Shown here: in pieces, positions 16,969-26,263 of the stretch | How positions within the stretch are numbered: position 1 is the stretch's first letter | How the letters are laid out: each line of letters starts with the position of its first letter | Virus record (IMG/VR): IMGVR_UViG_3300025669_000001 | Span: 1 to 52,303 of that record | Strand: one strand, 5' to 3' | Length of the DNA stretch: 52,303 bases | Source of the DNA: a virus | Taxonomy: Duplodnaviria; Caudoviricetes | Made by a program: the position numbers and the translations under genes | Notes under the pieces: model-generated | What the model was told of the DNA's origin: nothing | Seen by the model: the letters and a program-made list of their open reading frames with translations, nothing else | Database searches by the model: none

Positions 16969-17687
16969 ATAAGGCTCCTGCATTCCAATTCTACGTTAAA
17001 GACTGGTTATCATCAAAGAATGTCATCTGCATGACACCTGAACAGAGGGGTGCTTATATTCAATTAATGTGCCATGCGTGGAACTCTGACAGACAAGGAA
17101 CCCTACCCAATGACGATAATATACTTGCAGTTTTATCTGGACTAAATGGACGATGGGAAAAGGTTGGAGATCCAGTAAAAAAGATGTTTAAAATATCTGG
17201 AAGTCTGTTATACCATCCAAGACTTGTTGAAGAAAGAAAAAAACAAAAGGTCCGTAGCGACCAATGCAGAAAAGCAGGTAAGGCCAGTGCTGATAAGCGT
17301 TTAGGTGTCCCAACGTCCGTTCAACATAAGGCCAACACTTCTTCTTCATCTTCTACTGCTTCTTCACCTTCTCTTTCTATTGCAACAAATAAAGAAAACG
17401 TTGAGGCGTTCGATAAGTTTTGGGAAGCATATCCACGTAAGGTAGCAAAGCAAGAGACATTCACTTATTGGAAAAAGAATGTCACAAACTATCAAGCCAT
17501 AATGGATTCGTTGAAAGTTTATAAAAAAGATTTCCCAACCAAAGATCAATTAAAATTTATGCGACATCCAAAGAGATTTATATCTAACGATTTTTGGCGT
17601 AGCTTTATGCCTGAAGAAATAGACCCATCTAAAATGCAACCAGAGGTTAGGGATGCTTACAATATGTTACTGAATAAACAAGAATGA
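16965..17687 (+). CDS. Replication initiator, DUF1376/YdaU-like
   Basis: PAFQFYVKDWL..MTPEQRGAYIQLMCHAW; Ser-rich linker; FDKFWEAYPRK..HPKRFI; upstream of DnaB. Confidence 0.8.
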   Translation: MNKAPAFQFYVKDWLSSKNVICMTPEQRGAYIQLMCHAWNSDRQGTLPNDDNILAVLSGLNGRWEKVGDPVKKMFKISGSLLYHPRLVEERKKQKVRSDQCRKAGKASADKRLGVPTSVQHKANTSSSSSTASSPSLSIATNKENVEAFDKFWEAYPRKVAKQETFTYWKKNVTNYQAIMDSLKVYKKDFPTKDQLKFMRHPKRFISNDFWRSFMPEEIDPSKMQPEVRDAYNMLLNKQE

Positions 17688-17742
17688 TTTCAGTATTACC
17701 CAAACAAGTACAAGATAATTTAGCTAATTTTGGAGGTGAGAA

Positions 17743-17931
17743 ATGAAAGTGTTAACGGACGCAGAAATTAGTATGATTATAATAAAAGCAGAATCAGCTT
17801 GGAGTGTAAATAAAATACCTGTTAAATATAAACAAAATTTCATAACAACACTTGAATCCTTTATTAGGAAAGGTGGACTTGTTGAGAATATCTGCCCACA
17901 ATGCTTAGGCACGGGGCGGAAAGAAGTATGA
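17743..17931 (+). CDS. Small hypothetical protein
   Basis: GGAGGT RBS; C-terminal CPQCLGTG. Confidence 0.65.
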   Translation: MKVLTDAEISMIIIKAESAWSVNKIPVKYKQNFITTLESFIRKGGLVENICPQCLGTGRKEV

Positions 17932-19181
17932 ACCAAAGCCAAAACATATTTGACCGAGTTCCCCCACAAAGCTTAGATGCTGAAATGTCTTTACTTGGTT
18001 CTTTAATGCTTGACAATGAAGCAATAAACATCATAAGCCTAACCGGAACTGAATTCTACAAATCTGCACACCGTAGAATATTTGAGACTATTCGGGAAAT
18101 GGTGAATGCAAATATAGCGGTTGATTTAACAACCCTATCTGATGAATTAAAAACGAAGAAGCGACTTGACGACATTGGTGGGGCTTATTATTTAACTGAG
18201 CTATGCGAGGTTGTGCCATCAAGTGCCAATATTTCAGAATACGAAACCATTATTAAAACTAAGTGGAGATTGAGGCAACTTATTAAATTAGGCCACAATG
18301 TACAAAAGCAAGCACACGAAGGGAAAGAAGAAGTAAATGATATTGTCAATAGTGCGACAAGTGAATTGATTCAAGTATCATCGGTTGAGTCAAAGGGGAA
18401 AAGTATTGCAGACTTCCTGCATGAGTTTAATGATGATGTTGATAGGCGTAAAAATGGTGAAATTGTCCACGTACACGCCCCACTGATAGGTAATATAGAA
18501 CGGGGTGAGACTTGCATACTTGCTGCCCGCCCATCGGTCGGTAAGACCTCAATGGCAACGCAGATACTATTTGAATGTGGCGTTCCTTCAGGCTTGATAA
18601 TGCTTGAAAGTCAAGGAAAGAAAATTGCCGGTCGTATGTTGGCGCAAGTATCAGATGTTGATTTTGCAAGCATAATAGGTGGCAGTTTAGATAAAAGTCA
18701 ATTGGCTAAAGTTATTCCTGCTTCAACCGTATTAGCAGGCGCACCGATTGAGATTGAAGAACATACAGAAAAGATTGCAGAGATTTTGGCAATAGCGCAC
18801 CAATGGGTAATCAGGAAGCACATCCATGTTTTAGCTATAGATTACTTGCAATTAGTAGACGGTGGGAAAGCTGAGAATAAAAACTTAGAAGTTGACAAGA
18901 TCACAAAACAGTTAGTATTATTCGGAAAGAAAAATAACGTGGCAATGTTAATACTTGCACAATTAAACCGTATGGGAACTGATGAACCAGGACTGCACCA
19001 CTTACGAGACTCAGGCGGAATTGAACAGGCAGCGGACAAGGTTATACTTTTGTCAAGATCAGAAAAAACCAGCCCCTATAGAGTGAAATGCCACGTAGCA
19101 AAAAATAGAAATGGCGCAACTGGCAGTGAGGTTTTAAATTACAAGCCATCAACAATGACATTCAGCAAGGATACACAATGA
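17928..19181 (+). CDS. dnaB: Replicative DNA helicase
   Basis: PPQSLDAEMSLLGSL; Walker A AARPSVGKT; IDYLQL; LAQLNR; LRDSGGIEQAAD; KNRNG. Confidence 0.95.
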   Translation: MNQSQNIFDRVPPQSLDAEMSLLGSLMLDNEAINIISLTGTEFYKSAHRRIFETIREMVNANIAVDLTTLSDELKTKKRLDDIGGAYYLTELCEVVPSSANISEYETIIKTKWRLRQLIKLGHNVQKQAHEGKEEVNDIVNSATSELIQVSSVESKGKSIADFLHEFNDDVDRRKNGEIVHVHAPLIGNIERGETCILAARPSVGKTSMATQILFECGVPSGLIMLESQGKKIAGRMLAQVSDVDFASIIGGSLDKSQLAKVIPASTVLAGAPIEIEEHTEKIAEILAIAHQWVIRKHIHVLAIDYLQLVDGGKAENKNLEVDKITKQLVLFGKKNNVAMLILAQLNRMGTDEPGLHHLRDSGGIEQAADKVILLSRSEKTSPYRVKCHVAKNRNGATGSEVLNYKPSTMTFSKDTQ

Positions 19182-19408
19182 GTAATTATGAAAGTTTAGG
19201 AACCGTATTAAAAACACTACAAAGAAATAACTACAAAATAAAACAAAAGAGGCAAATTATGTCAATGTATGAATGCGATAAATGTGGACAGTGGAGAGAT
19301 TCAGACGATGGTTGCGCACCTTCACCGGATGGTAGTTTGGATTTAGTTTGTCCTGAGTGCTTTGATGAACTTGAAGAAATTAAGAAAGGAGAATCAAAAT
19401 GCAAGTAA
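19178..19408 (+). CDS. Small Zn-binding protein
   Basis: YECDKCG..LVCPEC. Confidence 0.6.
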   Translation: MSNYESLGTVLKTLQRNNYKIKQKRQIMSMYECDKCGQWRDSDDGCAPSPDGSLDLVCPECFDELEEIKKGESKCK

Positions 19409-20580
19409 TATCTACAGAAAAAGTACCTATCAAGATGTGGCTACACGAAATAGAAGATGGGGCATTGCAACAGGCTAAGAATTTAGCGAACTTACCATTC
19501 ACTTTTAAACATGTGGCAATCATGCCGGACTCGCATCAAGGTTACGGAATGCCAATTGGCGGCGTACTCGCTACCGTAGGCGTGGTTATACCCAATGCGG
19601 TAGGCGTTGATATAGGGTGTGGCATGTGTGCTGTTAAAACGTCCCTAACCGATTTGACTGAATTACAGTTGAAACAAATTATGGGTGGATCTGCTGATTT
19701 TAAGGGCGGTATCAGGGGCCGTGTTCCGGTCGGGCGTAACCACAATAAGAAAGATCAAGAGTGGAGTGGATTTTTATTTGCTCCTGACATACCGATTATT
19801 CAGCAAGAGTTGAAATCTGCACGGAAACAACTTGGAACGCTTGGTGGTGGAAATCATTTCATTGAAATACAAAAAGGTGACGATGGTTTTATATGGGTGA
19901 TGGTTCATTCTGGCAGTAGGAACTTCGGATACAAGATAGCGAAGGAATATAATAAACTTGCTCAGAAACTTTGTACTAGATGGTATTCAAACGTACCTAG
20001 TTTTAAGGGTGAAGATGGTCTTGCCTTTTTACCTATCGATACTTACGAAGCAAAAGAATATATGGAAGCAATGAATTACGCCCTTGATTTTGCGTATATT
20101 AACAGGCGAATTATGCTTAGAGAAATAAAGAAAGCGTTTAATGATGTGGTTGAATGTGAGTTTGAACCAGAAATAAACATGCACCACAATTACGCTAGAT
20201 GGGAAAACCATTTCGGCAAAAACGTTATCTTACACCGTAAGGGCGCAACGTCTGCGAGACTTGGAGAGGTTGGTATTATACCCGGATCACAGGGAACATC
20301 TTCGTATATCGTTGAGGGGCTTGGCAATCCTGAATCGTTTAACTCATGCTCACACGGGGCAGGTCGCAAAATGAGCAGAACTGCAGCAAAGAACAACCTT
20401 GATTTAAACGCTCAGATTAAATTGATGGACGACATGGGTGTCATCCACGGAATACGACATGAAGGAAACCTTGACGAAGCACCGGGAGCATACAAAGATA
20501 TAGATACAGTTATGGATAATCAATCTGACTTGGTTAAAATTAAGGTTAAATTGAAACCATTAGCAGTAATAAAGGGTTAG
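19399..20580 (+). CDS. rtcB: RtcB-family RNA ligase
   Basis: MPDSHQGYGMPIGG, VGVDIGCGM, GTLGGGNHFIE, HSGSR, HHNY, HRKGAT, IPGSQG, SCSHGAGR, DEAPGAYK. Confidence 0.97.
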   Translation: MQVISTEKVPIKMWLHEIEDGALQQAKNLANLPFTFKHVAIMPDSHQGYGMPIGGVLATVGVVIPNAVGVDIGCGMCAVKTSLTDLTELQLKQIMGGSADFKGGIRGRVPVGRNHNKKDQEWSGFLFAPDIPIIQQELKSARKQLGTLGGGNHFIEIQKGDDGFIWVMVHSGSRNFGYKIAKEYNKLAQKLCTRWYSNVPSFKGEDGLAFLPIDTYEAKEYMEAMNYALDFAYINRRIMLREIKKAFNDVVECEFEPEINMHHNYARWENHFGKNVILHRKGATSARLGEVGIIPGSQGTSSYIVEGLGNPESFNSCSHGAGRKMSRTAAKNNLDLNAQIKLMDDMGVIHGIRHEGNLDEAPGAYKDIDTVMDNQSDLVKIKVKLKPLAVIKG

Positions 20581-20588
20581 GTGTTAAA

Positions 20589-20840
20589 ATGAAACTCACA
20601 AAAGATCAAGAACTATTCGATAAGTTTTTCACCGGATTGAAACTTGAAAATAGATACTGGTTTATGAAAGATTACAAAGATAAAACCGAAGAAGGATACA
20701 ACGTTAAAATCAAATCCAAAGAATGCGTTGACAATCAAAAGTTTGAAGATTTTGAAACGGATAACGTAAAGTGTTATTGCGCAACTAATTACACAGAGAA
20801 TAAATCCGTAATGGTACGGGTAACTTTTAAGAGGGATTAG
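20589..20840 (+). CDS. Hypothetical protein
   Basis: AGGTG RBS. Confidence 0.6.
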   Translation: MKLTKDQELFDKFFTGLKLENRYWFMKDYKDKTEEGYNVKIKSKECVDNQKFEDFETDNVKCYCATNYTENKSVMVRVTFKRD

Positions 20841-20842
20841 CC

Positions 20843-21289
20843 ATGAAAGAATTCCACGTACAAAAGAAAGGCAATACTATTATCCCCCATACACAAGAAG
20901 ACTTAGACATGTTAAATAACTTCTTGGAGAATCAGGTAATAAGAATCAAAGCATACGGTACGAAGAAAGAACGCTCATTAACTCAACTTGGATTACTTCA
21001 CGCCTGCATGAAAGTAATAGCCGACAACACAAATGATGAAGAATGGAATACAGTTCCGAAAGTTAAATTCCAAATCAAGATACGTTTGAAATATGTTGAC
21101 ATGGAGAAAAGCGTTTTTGTAGATGGCGCAATGCATTTCCATTATCGCAGTTTTAGCTTTAACGAATTAGAACACATGGAAGCGAACAACGTATTTTCTG
21201 AAGCCTTTCAATTGATGGCAGATAAAATTCAAGTGACAAAAGAAAAGTTAATTCAGGTTGCACAAGAGAGAATGCAGAGAAGATTTTAA
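20843..21289 (+). CDS. NinB/DUF1367-like protein
   Basis: KERSLTQLGLLHA..RSFSFNELE pattern. Confidence 0.55.
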   Translation: MKEFHVQKKGNTIIPHTQEDLDMLNNFLENQVIRIKAYGTKKERSLTQLGLLHACMKVIADNTNDEEWNTVPKVKFQIKIRLKYVDMEKSVFVDGAMHFHYRSFSFNELEHMEANNVFSEAFQLMADKIQVTKEKLIQVAQERMQRRF

Positions 21290-21298
21290 ACAAAGTAC

Positions 21299-21327
21299 TT
21301 GACTTTCTTATTAAAAGTTATTATATT
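21299..21327 (+). promoter_or_regulatory. Sigma70-type promoter
   Basis: TTGACT-17-TATATT. Confidence 0.7.
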
Positions 21328-21368
21328 TAAAGTAACGTAAAAGATGATAAATAACAGGAGAACATAAG

Positions 21369-22586
21369 ATGAAAAACGGAACCATTGATTTAGACCTTAA
21401 CGAAGGTGAAGAATTGCAGGAAATAACCGCAACCGAAATTATACCACACGAAGAAGAAACCACAGATCCATTCCTTTCACAATTAAACATTGCAAAGAAG
21501 TATAAGGATGAAGCAATGGCGATTGTCATTACAAGCCCTGACCAGATTGAAGAGATTTCCAGAGCAAGAGAATTGCGCCTTGAATTAAAAAATATTCGTT
21601 GTGATGTTGAGAAGCAAAGAAAGTCATTGAAAGAAAGCGTTCTCCGTGAAGGTAAAGCGATTGATGGATTCGCAAACATTGTGAAGTTTATGGTTGTTCC
21701 ACTTGAAGAGCATTTACAAGCACAAGAAGATTTCTCTAAGATCCAGGAAGAGAAAATAAAAGCTGAGTTAAAAGAGAAAAGAGAAGCGGAATTGTTGGCG
21801 GTCGGTCTTGAAGATGCAAGTTTCTACAACCTCGCAGAAATGCCTGAAGAACAATATGATTACCTGTTTGCAAACACGAAGCATTCGTTTGAGATCACAC
21901 AGGCAAAGGAACGTGAAGAAGAAGCCGCCAGAATTAAGCAAGAGCAGGATGATTTAATTGAACAGGAAAGAATTAAAGAGCAAAACAAGTTACTTCTCAA
22001 AGAAAAAGAAGCAGCAGACAAGAAAAAAGTAAAGGGTGAAGAGAGACAATCTACACTTTTCGCAATCAATGTCAACCTTTCATTTGACGAATGCGCAGAT
22101 ATGACTGATAAAAAGTGGTCTGAATTTTACAAGGGAAAGAAAGCTGAATTTGATACAGCCGAAAAAGAGAAAACCGAAACCGCCGCACAAGAGAAAAAAG
22201 ATCGTGATGACAAGGAAGAGTTAGAACGCCTTGAACGTGAAAAGATTGCAACCGGCAAAAGCAGAGTAAAGTTTTTATATGAAATCGGAGTACGGCATGA
22301 TTTTGACGAATGCGCAGATATGTCAAATGAACAGTGGGAAAAATTCTATACTGCTGAAAAAGCTAAATACGATGCAGAGCAATTAAGATTAGCCAACGTC
22401 AAGAAAGCTGAAAAAGCAAAGGAACTTGCACCGGATAAAGACAAACTTGAAGCCTTTGCAGTTGACATAATGCTACTCGACACGCCTGTTTTAAAGAACG
22501 CAAAAGCAAACGAGATACTTCAGAAAGCGTTAAAAATGTTATCAGACGTTAGCGGTATGATTAAACAGGAATCTATTAAATTATAG
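21369..22586 (+). CDS. Coiled-coil protein with internal repeats
   Basis: ARELRLELKNIRCDVEK..GKAIDG; repeated FDECADM..W..FY..K. Confidence 0.7.
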   Translation: MKNGTIDLDLNEGEELQEITATEIIPHEEETTDPFLSQLNIAKKYKDEAMAIVITSPDQIEEISRARELRLELKNIRCDVEKQRKSLKESVLREGKAIDGFANIVKFMVVPLEEHLQAQEDFSKIQEEKIKAELKEKREAELLAVGLEDASFYNLAEMPEEQYDYLFANTKHSFEITQAKEREEEAARIKQEQDDLIEQERIKEQNKLLLKEKEAADKKKVKGEERQSTLFAINVNLSFDECADMTDKKWSEFYKGKKAEFDTAEKEKTETAAQEKKDRDDKEELERLEREKIATGKSRVKFLYEIGVRHDFDECADMSNEQWEKFYTAEKAKYDAEQLRLANVKKAEKAKELAPDKDKLEAFAVDIMLLDTPVLKNAKANEILQKALKMLSDVSGMIKQESIKL

Positions 22587-22593
22587 GTGAACT

Positions 22594-23187
22594 ATGTCAA
22601 TTCCAAAATATAAAATATGTGGGTTGCGGTGGCTGTTGTTTGGTACTGGAATACTAATTCTTGCAGCCCTAACTTTAAAATGTGATCCTGCTTTATATGA
22701 TAGAATAGAAGCGTTAGAGAAGAACGCAACAACGACTGACTCAATATGCGAAAATCAAGAGAGTTTAATTCTGGTAACTATTGGAATTGTAGATTCTATG
22801 AGATCAATCGGCTTGACAAATGAAAGGGAATTCAACAACGTCTGGCAAGAAATAGACGCTATAAACGAGGACATGATAGACCTTGAAATATCTGTTGCTG
22901 ATTCTGGATATATAACGTTAACTCCTGTTGAATATGACATTCTAAAATGGAAGGTTGCAACCCGTGATTCAGTTACGTATGATTGGGATTCTAACGATGA
23001 ACCCGACCTTGCAGGGTATATATTCTATTATCAGAAAGACGGTTTTCCGATTCAGGATATTGGCGTAAAAGATACCACCATTACAATTGAATTTTGGAAT
23101 GGAACTTACACGGTATTTCTGAAGGCATACGATCACAGTAGAAACATTTCTGCACCATCGGACACATTGAAAACGATAGTAAAATAG
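22594..23187 (+). CDS. Membrane-anchored/lipoprotein with C-terminal fibronectin type III-like domain
   Basis: Hydrophobic leader ending LTLKC; WDSNDEPDLAGYIFYY..YTVFLKAYDHSRNISAPS. Confidence 0.7.
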   Translation: MSIPKYKICGLRWLLFGTGILILAALTLKCDPALYDRIEALEKNATTTDSICENQESLILVTIGIVDSMRSIGLTNEREFNNVWQEIDAINEDMIDLEISVADSGYITLTPVEYDILKWKVATRDSVTYDWDSNDEPDLAGYIFYYQKDGFPIQDIGVKDTTITIEFWNGTYTVFLKAYDHSRNISAPSDTLKTIVK

Positions 23188-23196
23188 GGATTAATT

Positions 23197-23499
23197 ATGA
23201 GTAACTTTTACAAAATGACAATACATCCTGATACCGGCGAATTGGAAAATGCAGAATGGTTAGATGGTTATTTTGATGGCCGTCTTTATGGAGTAAGGTT
23301 CCCAGGTGGTGAGATATGGAGCGAAGAAGATATAAGAGAAGTTCACGTTACAAAAACAGCAGTGACAATTCCTATTGATTTATATTCTGAAATACTTGAA
23401 GTACTAAAGAAGCATATGTTCTGGTCTGAAGATGGCGAAGAGGGAAACAATGACGATGTTTGTGAACTTGTTTCTAAACTTGAAGACACGGGGGATTAA
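23197..23499 (+). CDS. Hypothetical protein
   Basis: AGGGATTAATTATG start. Confidence 0.65.
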   Translation: MSNFYKMTIHPDTGELENAEWLDGYFDGRLYGVRFPGGEIWSEEDIREVHVTKTAVTIPIDLYSEILEVLKKHMFWSEDGEEGNNDDVCELVSKLEDTGD

Positions 23500-23501
23500 T
23501 T

Positions 23502-23690
23502 ATGACTCTCAAAGAAAAAGCAATGTTAATACGTTGGACTTTAATCATACTTGGATTAGGTGGATTCTGGATTGGTGTAATCGGTTTCTTTTTAAAGAAC
23601 GTAACAATGATATGGTTCTTTGCGTTACCTGTTGCAATACTAATATACGTAGCTATCGCAATTAAGGCGCAATCAAAAAGTCAGGACTAA
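23502..23690 (+). CDS. Small two-TM membrane protein
   Basis: Two hydrophobic segments. Confidence 0.6.
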   Translation: MTLKEKAMLIRWTLIILGLGGFWIGVIGFFLKNVTMIWFFALPVAILIYVAIAIKAQSKSQD

Positions 23691-23704
23691 GGGGGTGCGG
23701 AATT

Positions 23705-23881
23705 ATGCAAACATATAAAAAGATTTTCACAGAACAACAACTAGCCGAAATAATACATGAAGGATTAAGGGTTTCTGATAAAGATTACAGCTTGGTAGCT
23801 GACGATGATTCGACTGTGGGGATTGATTTCAGGGGAAGAGGTTCAGACTTTCACGTATCAATAACCGTTGAGAGTGAATAG
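23705..23881 (+). CDS. Small hypothetical protein (not in ORF track)
   Basis: GGGGG RBS; MQTYKKIFTEQQLAEII...ITVESE*. Confidence 0.6.
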   Translation: MQTYKKIFTEQQLAEIIHEGLRVSDKDYSLVADDDSTVGIDFRGRGSDFHVSITVESE

Positions 23882-24460
23882 TTGAAACTAACATTTGAGA
23901 CATTCAATCAAAAAGTAAACTGCCCTCATAAAGATTGTAAGGGTCAAAATATACTTGATGAAATTGTCTTAAAAGAAGAAGTCGAAAGAACGTGCATTCA
24001 TTGTCAAGGTTCATTCTATGTTAAATCAAAGGCAAGTGTGAAGCATAAATTAACCCGTAAAAAAGGTGGCACGAAGAATCATAAGTCAGACCACAAGAAA
24101 ACGATTGAACGTCTTGATAAACTTTGGAGTCGTGTCATAATTGCAAAGGCTGGTTTCAAAAGTGAATTCTCTTTAATGGGTGGTCAAGGTATAATTTTAC
24201 AGGCTCATCACATCGGCAGAAAGAAATCTCTTTTCATGCGGTATCATTTAGAGAATGGGGTTTGCCTTACAAGGAATGAACATTTTAAAGCACCATACAG
24301 CCCCGGTGAACATGATGTTAAGAGATTTAACGAGACATTGAAGAAAGTAAAGGGTGACGGTATTTTGGATCGAATCGAAATGTTAAAAAGATGCAACACA
24401 AAAGTAGACCTGTTTTTAGTTGAGAAAATGCTATTGCAGGAAATTAGTAAGTACGAATAG
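23882..24460 (+). CDS. NinG-like nuclease with N-terminal Zn ribbon
   Basis: CPHKDC..CIHC; LDKLWSRVI..LQAHHI.RK..MRYHLENGVCL. Confidence 0.65.
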   Translation: MKLTFETFNQKVNCPHKDCKGQNILDEIVLKEEVERTCIHCQGSFYVKSKASVKHKLTRKKGGTKNHKSDHKKTIERLDKLWSRVIIAKAGFKSEFSLMGGQGIILQAHHIGRKKSLFMRYHLENGVCLTRNEHFKAPYSPGEHDVKRFNETLKKVKGDGILDRIEMLKRCNTKVDLFLVEKMLLQEISKYE

Positions 24461-24477
24461 AAAAGGAGAAACAAGAA

Positions 24478-24666
24478 ATGATTGAGACAAAGTTTGATCG
24501 TGAAGATGTACTTGAGGATTCTGTCACTGGATTTAAGGGGACAGTAACCGGGATAGTCGTATATACCACCGGCAGTAATTCATACTGCCTTGAGGCTGAT
24601 GCAAGCGGTGACAAGCGTAGTGATAATGTGTGGGTCGATGAAGAGCGATTGATAAAAGTAGATTAA
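24478..24666 (+). CDS. Small SH3-like phage protein
   Basis: DSVTGFKGTVTG..Y.TG..WVDEERL. Confidence 0.7.
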   Translation: MIETKFDREDVLEDSVTGFKGTVTGIVVYTTGSNSYCLEADASGDKRSDNVWVDEERLIKVD

Positions 24667-24673
24667 TTAGCTA

Positions 24674-24702
24674 TTGACATTGACGTTAATTATTATTAAA
24701 TT
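24674..24702 (+). promoter_or_regulatory. Sigma70-type promoter upstream of DNA-modification genes
   Basis: TTGACA-17-TAAATT. Confidence 0.65.
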
Positions 24703-24871
24703 ATAGCTAATGCTGTTCAACTTGTGTTCTTTACATTTAATGATTCTGAAGATAGAAAGGAATTGTTTATTAACTTTCACAATAAAGAGACAACTTTAAA
24801 CCTGAATGCCAGACAGTTTCGAGCAGGGTTGGATAGCGTAAATTTAAATATTAAACAAGGGGTAATTAAGT

Positions 24872-26263
24872 ATGACTGAACAGAAAGAAATGTTTATTGA
24901 TAAGATTGAATTTATTTATGTAGAAAGTGTTATAGGCTCAGGATATGAAGTTCCGGTTGCCGACCTCGCTTTACGTGATGGCGTTGCATATAGGGCAGCA
25001 AGAAAGAACATGCAAATCCATTCAGCAATAATTTTAAAAATCAACGATGTATTTAGTGGGTTCTTTACTTTCCAGGTTAACCATGATGCGAAAGAATTTT
25101 GTCTATTGCAATCTGCAATGGAGTTGAATAAAAAGGACAAGAAAGTATACAGTCAAATGGTCAATGAGATTATAGAGCAAAACACTTTTGGCTATCCTAT
25201 GATTATGACCGTTAGCACAAAGCATGATTTAGAATGTCCGAAAGTTTTCGAGGCACTTGGATTTATTACGTATCTCAGTTTAAGCGGTTATGCATACATG
25301 GTATATGGAACCCTTGACCAAGTGAGAATGAAACGCCTCGCACATGCTACAATGACAAACGCATGGACAACAACCCGCTCTGATTGGTTGAAAATGAAAC
25401 GTGCATGGAATGCAGACATTGAAGAAATGGGCGAAAAGTATGATATACCTAATCCGAAATTTGCCTCTCGTGACGGTTGCTGGCAAGGATCAAACGGCTA
25501 TTCAAATGTTGTACTATCATCACACACAGTTGAGAACGGTGAAATAAAACATAACAAAGGGAAATCGTTTAACGGCAATGCTTCAGTCCTAGACCCGTTA
25601 GCTTGTGAAGTAATCCTTAGATTTTTCATGCCAACAGATGGCAAGAGCGTTTACAATCCGTTTGGTGGTGGCGTTCAATTCGGTTTCGTTACTGGATCTT
25701 ATGGTTATAAATATTTAGCCAGTGAGATAAGACAAAACCAATGTGATGCAAATAACGCATTATGCCAGGACTTCAAAAATGCAAAGTGGGTTAAAAGCGA
25801 TAGCTCAACCTATGAGCCTGAAGGAATGTATGATTTATGCTTCACTTGTCCACCCTACTACAAAGTTGAAAAGTATGTAGATTATGAGGGGGTTATACCT
25901 GACGGTGAATTAAACGAAATGGGAACATATGAAGAATTTCGTGATACTCTTTTTGAGGGATACAAGAAAGCCATTGCAAAGCTAAATGATAATTGTTTCT
26001 TCGTTGTAATGACAGGTGATTCAAGAGACAAGAACGGGGCCTATTATGGATGTGAAGCAGAACATGAATTGTTCTTCAAGGAACAGGGCTTGCATATTTA
26101 TAATAAAATTGTTTACCTTGAATGTGAGTTTACGAGATTAGCACACGCAAAAAGAACACTTGATTATCGAAAGTTCCCAAAGCGTGAACAAAAGATACTT
26201 GTATTTTACAAGGGCGACATGAAGAAAATTAAAGAACTATACCCACCGTTGGGCAGACTATAA
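24872..26263 (+). CDS. Amino (N6-A/N4-C) DNA methyltransferase with GNAT-like N-terminal domain
   Basis: Motif I YNPFGGGVQFG, motif IV FTCPPYY; N-terminal GFFTFQVN..EFCLLQSA..VFEALGF resembles GNAT. Confidence 0.75.
   Translation: MTEQKEMFIDKIEFIYVESVIGSGYEVPVADLALRDGVAYRAARKNMQIHSAIILKINDVFSGFFTFQVNHDAKEFCLLQSAMELNKKDKKVYSQMVNEIIEQNTFGYPMIMTVSTKHDLECPKVFEALGFITYLSLSGYAYMVYGTLDQVRMKRLAHATMTNAWTTTRSDWLKMKRAWNADIEEMGEKYDIPNPKFASRDGCWQGSNGYSNVVLSSHTVENGEIKHNKGKSFNGNASVLDPLACEVILRFFMPTDGKSVYNPFGGGVQFGFVTGSYGYKYLASEIRQNQCDANNALCQDFKNAKWVKSDSSTYEPEGMYDLCFTCPPYYKVEKYVDYEGVIPDGELNEMGTYEEFRDTLFEGYKKAIAKLNDNCFFVVMTGDSRDKNGAYYGCEAEHELFFKEQGLHIYNKIVYLECEFTRLAHAKRTLDYRKFPKREQKILVFYKGDMKKIKELYPPLGRL

Noticed and set aside
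17310-17380. Iteron origin within the initiator gene
   Set aside because: Only short CAAC repeats and a Ser-coding CTT run; too weak to call
24706-24878. Open frame upstream of the MTase fusion (ANAVQLVFFTF..VIKYD*)
   Set aside because: No convincing RBS or start after the promoter; may be a gene remnant
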